DNA of 61,777 bases from a virus (Duplodnaviria > Caudoviricetes): IMG/VR virus record IMGVR_UViG_3300027779_002131, positions 1 through 61,777 of that record. The stretch is one strand, 5' to 3'. Below, in pieces: positions 56,401 through 61,777 of this stretch; the first letter of the stretch is position 1, and each line of letters opens with the position of its first letter. The notes under the pieces were generated by a model. That model saw only the letters and a program-made list of their open reading frames with translations. It did no database searches and was not told the DNA's origin. The translations under genes and the position numbers were made by a program.

Positions 56401-59347
56401 TGCTTTTTGTTCTTTGCATGTCATCTTTTGTTATAATGAAATACAGTTCTGGACGGGTTTGGCCATATTCAGTATCTTTTAACTCAGGGAATAGGTCTTC
56501 CAACCTATCACCGTATGAATTTGCTTGCTTATCTCCTACTGTTTTTAAAAGCTGTTCTGTAGAATTTGCTAGTAATTTAACGCTGTTTATATACAGCTCT
56601 GGATTAGTGCCGTTTAATTTATTTAATGCCAGTATCCGGGTTCTTAAGTTATCTGTTAAGCTAGACGTTGCATGGTCGGCATATGATTCTCTTTCTCTTC
56701 TGCTATCAAATTTCTTAGATACTGGATGTTCCCATTTATCATAAGTCGTTAATTTTTTAGTTAACTTATCTAACGCTTCGTCTTGTATTGGGCCTCCAGG
56801 AAGTGGCCATTGCAACTCGTTTCGAAGACGTCTGCCAAATTGGCCCCATGGTATCCCACTATTGCCCATGCCACTATCACCTGACATTGTTTTAAATAAT
56901 TCTGCTACACTATTACTAGTTTGATTTGACGCAGATGCTATTAAGTCAACTGCTTCAGAGTCTTTCCATAAGATGGTTGTATTAAAACCATTCCATATGC
57001 CAACTAAAATTTCGTTTACCTGAGGATGTGTTAACCAGCTTGGGTCATTTACTACGGTTTTCTTAAATAATCTGTCTATGCCATTTTTAACTCTTTCAAA
57101 TGTTGTTTCTTGAGTATGATTAACTTGATCGTTCTGGGAATACCCAATACCGCGGACATTACCAAACGTTTTATTAATTGTTGTTGACAGTGAGTCGTAA
57201 GATAATTTAAACTGTGGTAATGATTTTCTTAACACACCAATTGCTTTTGCATTAACTGGTTCTCTGTTAAGGTTTTGATTTAAATCGTAACCTGCTTGTT
57301 GTAAGGCTTTAACATAATTTATTTGTGCTGTTTCAAGATCCTCTTTTTCGTGGTGCTCATTATATCCATCTAGGAATTTAAATGCCGCATTTATATTTTC
57401 AATACTGTCAATATAATTCTCTTTACTAAAGAATCCTTTTAATACATCAATAAGAGGGTCTTCATAAGTAAATCTGTCTTTAACTCTATCTTCTATGTCT
57501 TTGCCAATTGTGCCAACATTGTTAATCAATTTAAACAATGCTTTAATATAATCAGCATTATGTAACTCATCACTATATGCCGCATTAAGTGTTTCTGCAT
57601 AACGTACTACTGACTTAACTACAGTTGGGAAATCTTGATGGTAATCATTTCCGCCACCTATTCTAAATTCTACTAAGTTATGGCCTGATTCACTGTCTTG
57701 CTGATCTTTAAAGTTAATTGAAGTAAATTTATCTTGACTTATGCCAGTTATTAAAATATCTTCTATGTCTTTGATTGTTTTTATATTACTAGGATCTGCT
57801 TTAAGCTCACTTGCTTTCTTTTGTAATCGTTGGTATTGTGACTTAGCATAACTATTGTTTTCTCTGCCAAACGTACTTAATAAGTACTTGTCACCAAGCA
57901 ATACAGCAAGTTTTACTCTGTTAACTTCTGCAAAACCGGAAATGCCATTTTGTTCGCCGTTCCAACTCATAGTAACATGTAAGCCTGTTGACCTATTAGT
58001 ATCAACGTTTCGATCAGCAAGTAGTTCAAACAGCGACTTCATTTCTTCGAGCATGTCTCTTGGACTATTGTACACCGGAGAAATAATCTCTGCACCTAGG
58101 CCGTCTGATTCAATACTGCTATCGTCTTCAACTCTCCAGTAACTATTGTTTATACCGCCGGAATGATATTCTCCTGTTTCTACATCGTTATATTTTGAGT
58201 TGTTATATGCCCAATTAGATACTTCATCGCCAATTTCTTCTAAGCCGCCATCACTCGCTAAGAAAACATCAAAGTCGCTTAACATCGAGCTGGGAGAACC
58301 ATAGTGGTCATGTATCCAATCATACATAGTGTGATTTTGCAATGCTTGATCAAACGCTTCGTCCATGACTTCGCCGCTGTCTCTTGCTTCTTGTTCGAGA
58401 TATTCAATAAGTTCGTCTTCGTATTCTTCTTCGACAACTTCTCGTAACCAATTCATGTACTCGTAGCCATCTTCTATTCTGCTTTTGTACTCTGCTGGAT
58501 TTTGATTTTTAAAATCTTCTTTGTATCTATCAACTGCTTCTGACGTTGGGCCGCCATTTGAATCAATAAATTGTTCGATGTAGTTTTCATCTTCTTTACG
58601 TTCGGCTACTAACTCTTGTATGAGTTCGCCTTCATATTCATATATTTTATCTTCTCTGAGCCATTCATGGTATCCTTCTGTCATTCTTTCAGTATAACGC
58701 TCTCCATACTCGTTGTCTACTCTTTCTTCGATTTCGGACCAGTCTAGGTCATCAATATCGTCTGATGAGGAGCCGTTATACCCTTCCCAGGACGTCTCTG
58801 CTTCGAATCCGCATTTAATGTATGCATCTAACGCCCGTGTAACTGTATGCTTTTGGTTAAAATTAATTTCAAACAACTGCTCTGTACTTTGCTCACGTAA
58901 TTGATTTTTACGAGCTAAACGTTTGATTCTTTTGTTAGCTGAATTTGATTTTGATTGATCGTCATTTTTTATTTTTTTAAGTGCGTCGTGGCTAATATCT
59001 TCATCAACCATTACTTCTACTTCTGGATCATATAATTCATATTTTCCATCTGGTAATTCAACAACAACCTGATCTGGGTTTGGTGTTGAACCTATCATAC
59101 TATGTACTTTGCCAGCAACTTCGCCATTCTCGTCTTTAAATTCTGTTCCGTTTTCTAAGCCTTTTGCTGGTACAGGCTTAATAGGTTTTGAAAGATCTGC
59201 TAACGACGGAGTTGTAGTTGGACTACTTGATTGTGCTGTTGATGGGGAGGGTTTATTAGCACCATAAGAAGCTCCACCAGTAGACATACCATACTCATTT
59301 AGGCGTTTTACTAATGATTGTAATGTTTGCACATCCTTAAATTTCAT
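53429..59347 (-). CDS. 1972-aa polyvalent protein with amidoligase-like and nuclease-like domains
   Basis: CGFEAE, DSSI, EIISP, STGLHV, SIN and VEFR; later KGEVAEG...KVD...SVK. Confidence 0.72.
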   Translation of the reverse strand: MKFKDVQTLQSLVKRLNEYGMSTGGASYGANKPSPSTAQSSSPTTTPSLADLSKPIKPVPAKGLENGTEFKDENGEVAGKVHSMIGSTPNPDQVVVELPDGKYELYDPEVEVMVDEDISHDALKKIKNDDQSKSNSANKRIKRLARKNQLREQSTEQLFEINFNQKHTVTRALDAYIKCGFEAETSWEGYNGSSSDDIDDLDWSEIEERVDNEYGERYTERMTEGYHEWLREDKIYEYEGELIQELVAERKEDENYIEQFIDSNGGPTSEAVDRYKEDFKNQNPAEYKSRIEDGYEYMNWLREVVEEEYEDELIEYLEQEARDSGEVMDEAFDQALQNHTMYDWIHDHYGSPSSMLSDFDVFLASDGGLEEIGDEVSNWAYNNSKYNDVETGEYHSGGINNSYWRVEDDSSIESDGLGAEIISPVYNSPRDMLEEMKSLFELLADRNVDTNRSTGLHVTMSWNGEQNGISGFAEVNRVKLAVLLGDKYLLSTFGRENNSYAKSQYQRLQKKASELKADPSNIKTIKDIEDILITGISQDKFTSINFKDQQDSESGHNLVEFRIGGGNDYHQDFPTVVKSVVRYAETLNAAYSDELHNADYIKALFKLINNVGTIGKDIEDRVKDRFTYEDPLIDVLKGFFSKENYIDSIENINAAFKFLDGYNEHHEKEDLETAQINYVKALQQAGYDLNQNLNREPVNAKAIGVLRKSLPQFKLSYDSLSTTINKTFGNVRGIGYSQNDQVNHTQETTFERVKNGIDRLFKKTVVNDPSWLTHPQVNEILVGIWNGFNTTILWKDSEAVDLIASASNQTSNSVAELFKTMSGDSGMGNSGIPWGQFGRRLRNELQWPLPGGPIQDEALDKLTKKLTTYDKWEHPVSKKFDSRRERESYADHATSSLTDNLRTRILALNKLNGTNPELYINSVKLLANSTEQLLKTVGDKQANSYGDRLEDLFPELKDTEYGQTRPELYFIITKDDMQRTKSNIEALRGTNYIPGPFDDNPVDQISASVVRYINDSLSAYYNRLGQDKDFYNKSKAIQKIIKPRTDAIATWMTNLDKISQQMGFNSQKDDIDNKLTQHKRGEEFTSKYIGDAPATITTYAYGGDLYVTEQLLGDMAQMTGKINRDEPITDEESRAFYSQFFFGSSMYHSESQKVFNVPWAYYYIALEASKIFSAESDRTSRAIALRRDERQWRNKSADKILNKWNMIYGYEFDNFNNDGFRKIKKVNKDAFRKLGIEVIENGDGREGVEPYNLEPLLPRSVINGPGGEPFEPTSANVWRMNNPDIVKKLSKEDSTFFPDDEDLIQNIRTKFPSFDSMMRDGISRYFEGPTMMLVKFLNMTNTKGVDQNVLLSALLAGLTRDGPYTLAKAIEVVKNGNTYNTTTHSVDAPGVEQGEPLRGRVQERPPFGIESTTFEKLEAKTLEEQLLMLEKIDSSKINNIHIKMFERDLGRAELKTPARIQAFADKLSAGAEFDLAGFTGKIVLDPEMADAFYNAENASQLPSKLRTADGEIIAYSALEKTADFGARTADADGDAPVKVSNKGEVAEGILGCGTFARLLVRPSAPVTSLDIENVIKRLPKDAPDKGGWHELTLTAQEVDNPIADYFTLTLNLKHDTYMDFIDPKKWGVMQQITTGVAEYVNDNLERYTNYFQANGKVDTVKVIADGVTGETDTKVDVFLTHSLDGGPEKTLQHFDMSVKVGSTKQMGQVGGGKQKEPLTVRYSILKEMWDRFNVDLTPIEDQFITADSVEQGYRIAYTEATKQLSSQLTSEENEKNFLVKLLDAIKFFATLNDDRVKLVQFTDLKAGGYYVLDFKKLDRMMDKDKVDLEARMIETAKHPKITIFNKITGKEFLSVRMYQNSKGYIRNYIEKEKGLVDLLKVRGSSMRKKVESVQEGAVPNNDTIRKLRLVLASPILTGDLKAQMTAYVCIPDPSMIRDFRAARAAYGDKHDIRSIVKGYAKMKLNKNVLKQL

Positions 59348-59348
59348 A

Positions 59349-59651
59349 TTACTTGCGTCTCTTAAATCTAGTTGCTTTATTTAATGATGCTACCCTACGA
59401 CTAATCGGATTATACTTTTTAGACCTGCCGGCTTTACGAGTAATTCTCTTACCCATTCTTGCTTTTGTTTTTTTCAGTGTTAAACGTTTCTTGAAGTCAA
59501 TTGGGGCACCGCATTGTGCCGCAGTTGCTACTACTCTGCCTTTACGTCTGCCTGAAGTACATCTAACAGCTCGTTTAACTGACTTGCCCATTTTACGCCA
59601 TACCATTCTGGCTTCAAACAACTCAGTATCTGTAAATTCACTGATTATCAT
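59349..59651 (-). CDS. Very basic small protein with acidic N-terminal pro-segment
   Basis: MIISEFTDTELFE followed by an R/K-rich body. Confidence 0.75.
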   Translation of the reverse strand: MIISEFTDTELFEARMVWRKMGKSVKRAVRCTSGRRKGRVVATAAQCGAPIDFKKRLTLKKTKARMGKRITRKAGRSKKYNPISRRVASLNKATRFKRRK

Positions 59652-59902
59652 AACATTGTTCCTACCAATGTACCAATTGTTGCTAATAATGTAGTAATTG
59701 TTATGCCAACTATAGCAACGATCCAGCCTTCTAATTTATCTAGTCTAGCTTTAGTATCTTCTTTAAACTCCCTAAGTTCAGCAGTAATACTCTCAATTCT
59801 AAGCATATCAGCAATAATATGTGCTTCTACTCCACCTTCTTGAATATACTGCTCTGGTTGTGGTGATTCTTTAGTTTCAACTTTAACTTTTTTTCTAACC
59901 AT
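59648..59902 (-). CDS. Small coiled-coil protein with C-terminal TM helix
   Basis: RLDKLEGW followed by a hydrophobic tail. Confidence 0.7.
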   Translation of the reverse strand: MVRKKVKVETKESPQPEQYIQEGGVEAHIIADMLRIESITAELREFKEDTKARLDKLEGWIVAIVGITITTLLATIGTLVGTML

Positions 59903-59911
59903 TGTTTATCT

Positions 59912-60316
59912 CTATAATAAGTCTTGTTTAGTAAATTCCATATTTACTGTACTGTCAGTATCAATAGTTCCACCATTTAATACTATACCGTTTAGCTCGT
60001 CTGTTAGTGTAGTAATTGTGTGTACGCCTTCTCGTTCAAATGCAAATTTAAAAATCCAACCTGCTCCAGTCATAGTCGGTGCTCCATAGTTTTCTAAAAC
60101 TAATGCCCCGACGCCACTTATGGCTACAGGGTTATTCATAACTACAGGCATTGCTCTCAAACTAATAACTTGTACTATACTTTCAAAATCTTTTTGTGTG
60201 TTGTCGCTAAAATCACCTGTTCTAGTAATATCTAACGAAGTGAACAAAGTATAAAATTCAATATTACCAGATAATACTTCCTGGTTATTCATTGCTCCGC
60301 TTCTTGTTAACGCCAT
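59912..60316 (-). CDS. Hypothetical protein, probably virion-associated
   Basis: GGAG SD and ATAAATA upstream. Confidence 0.65.
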   Translation of the reverse strand: MALTRSGAMNNQEVLSGNIEFYTLFTSLDITRTGDFSDNTQKDFESIVQVISLRAMPVVMNNPVAISGVGALVLENYGAPTMTGAGWIFKFAFEREGVHTITTLTDELNGIVLNGGTIDTDSTVNMEFTKQDLL

Positions 60317-60389
60317 GTGTGTCTCCATAGCAAGACATTAATGTACTTGCTTACACTATTTATCAGTTTTTATAATATTGATTTACAGT

Positions 60390-61454
60390 CTAGAAAGGGG
60401 TGTCTTTAGATCTTGTAGACTGGGGAGTGTCTACTTCGTGCTTTGGTAAGGACTTGTTTGCTAATGCTCGTTGCACAAAACCCTTCCTAATATGTTGGAA
60501 GTCATGCATTACTTCTTTTTTGCTTCGTTTATTAACAAAGTCACCAAACCAAGTACCTAATATTTCTATAAAGATTTGTATAATGTCGTTATGTATGTGT
60601 AACCCTTTATCTCTATAGTCAGTAAAGTATTCTTGTATCATTTCATACAAAGGAAAGTAATTTGCAGGATCAGTTTCTTCAACAGCAACTCTAATACTAG
60701 CTTTTGCTACCATTGATAATGCCATTGGCGGGTGGTCTGATGGCCAACTTTGACTTGCAAACCCAAAAGGACTTAGTATAAACAATACATCTTTACAAAT
60801 ATACTTGTGGATTAGCCTTAATACTTCTTTGTGTGATTCAACTACTTCTGCATGGGATAGTCTACGAATAATATGTCGGTTTGGATCTAGGTATGCTTTT
60901 GGTGGTGCGGCAAATAAGTCTTGCCCTGTTACTGTGTCGTGATAAATGTCTGTTGTTCCGCTAAACAATACAACTTTATTAAAGTCTATCATCTTTTCTA
61001 GCAAGAATCCTCTATGTCGTTTGCTTAAATTAAACTGCTTTGGCGTATAGTCTGGCCAAATGTCGCCTTTTTCTGTGAGACTGGCTTCTTCGAACAACCA
61101 TTTTAAATGCATTGCTAGTGTTTTCATATTAAAAATGCCTTGGCCGTAACGGAATACTCTGTTAGTCGTCCAATGTTTCATTTCAAATATTTTTGCAAAG
61201 TCTTGCACTATACAACTGCCTACCCATAATACTGTGTCGTCTTGTTCAAAGAAGTCTGTATTAAACGAGTGAAACCATTCGTAGTTAAAGAATTCGTGGT
61301 GCTTTTCAAAGCCTGGTGTTGAGGTAGTTATAAGTTTACCTGGTCTAGCATTAGCAACTTCCATAGGTATTTTAAAGTTGCCGAACACAGATTCAGTTGC
61401 ACCCATTTCTAGAATGTGATCGTTAATTATTAATGAGTCGTTAAAGAGTGGCAT
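60390..61454 (-). CDS. GSCFA-like (SGNH-related) protein
   Basis: VGSC, LSP, K..IR.A, YFPLYE and H; TAAATA-N5-ATG. Confidence 0.7.
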   Translation of the reverse strand: MPLFNDSLIINDHILEMGATESVFGNFKIPMEVANARPGKLITTSTPGFEKHHEFFNYEWFHSFNTDFFEQDDTVLWVGSCIVQDFAKIFEMKHWTTNRVFRYGQGIFNMKTLAMHLKWLFEEASLTEKGDIWPDYTPKQFNLSKRHRGFLLEKMIDFNKVVLFSGTTDIYHDTVTGQDLFAAPPKAYLDPNRHIIRRLSHAEVVESHKEVLRLIHKYICKDVLFILSPFGFASQSWPSDHPPMALSMVAKASIRVAVEETDPANYFPLYEMIQEYFTDYRDKGLHIHNDIIQIFIEILGTWFGDFVNKRSKKEVMHDFQHIRKGFVQRALANKSLPKHEVDTPQSTRSKDTPF

Positions 61455-61481
61455 ACTCTTATTTATAGATTTTGGAAAAGA

Positions 61482-61777
61482 CTACTTAACCTTGTTGGCG
61501 GCCGCCTTGCCTGTTTGAACTCTATCTCTGACAAAGTTTGACACTCCGTCTATATCAATACCACCAACTTTTTCTCCGCTGGAGTTCTTTCTGCTAGTTT
61601 TGTCTTTTATGGTTGCTTTTATTGTGTTTATTTCATCTCTAACTGCATTCATTCCAGGTATAAGATCTAAAAGACTGCCCGCCTGTGAGCCTGGAAAAGG
61701 ATCTTTATTTTTACCTTTGTTGAAATCCGGTGCGCCTGGCTTTAGTCTGCCACGGGCCACCATGTCGCTTTGGGCAG
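61482..61777 (-). CDS. Hypothetical protein, probably truncated by the window edge
   Basis: The frame stays open to the window end. Confidence 0.55.
   Translation of the reverse strand, partial: AQSDMVARGRLKPGAPDFNKGKNKDPFPGSQAGSLLDLIPGMNAVRDEINTIKATIKDKTSRKNSSGEKVGGIDIDGVSNFVRDRVQTGKAAANKVK

Noticed and set aside
68-60618. Numerous antisense or nested ORFs in the track (e.g. 68-397, 4165-4722, 4910-5599, 14066-14395, 37265-37453, 54906-55214, 59353-59694)
   Set aside because: They are shadows of well-supported genes on the other strand or frame, with no motifs or ribosome binding sites
1-61777. Stop-codon recoding as in some large phages
   Set aside because: Conserved genes are full length in code 11, TAG and TGA end genes at sensible positions, and there is no suppressor tRNA

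Overview
AT-rich, gene-dense segment of a large T4-like (myovirus-type) phage genome read in the standard genetic code. The host is probably an aquatic proteobacterium, inferred from the proteobacterial-type IscS, IscU, GrxD and NrdAB and from consensus sigma70 promoters. Phage evidence: a PAAR spike, a tail/virion protein, nrdAB-glutaredoxin, a SleB hydrolase, T4-like TAAATA late promoters and five tRNAs. It carries an unusually rich set of host-like genes: iscU-iscS-ferritin, clpX, ribosomal proteins bS21 and bL33, peptide deformylase, GrxD, queD, a ppGpp hydrolase, a fatty-acid desaturase, a GH6 cellulase-family enzyme, a subtilase, many SGNH and glycosyltransferase genes, and two tandem exported heme-c/copper monooxygenases followed by five micro membrane proteins. 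Patterns the ORF track does not show: a TAAATA-N5-ATG leaderless late regulon, two candidate structured ncRNAs (11527-11618 and 8842-9100), and modular proteins whose enzyme domains are separated by hydrophobic-x-Glu sites, suggesting protease-processed, capsid-packaged polyproteins. All calls come from motif reading by eye; no database searches were run.
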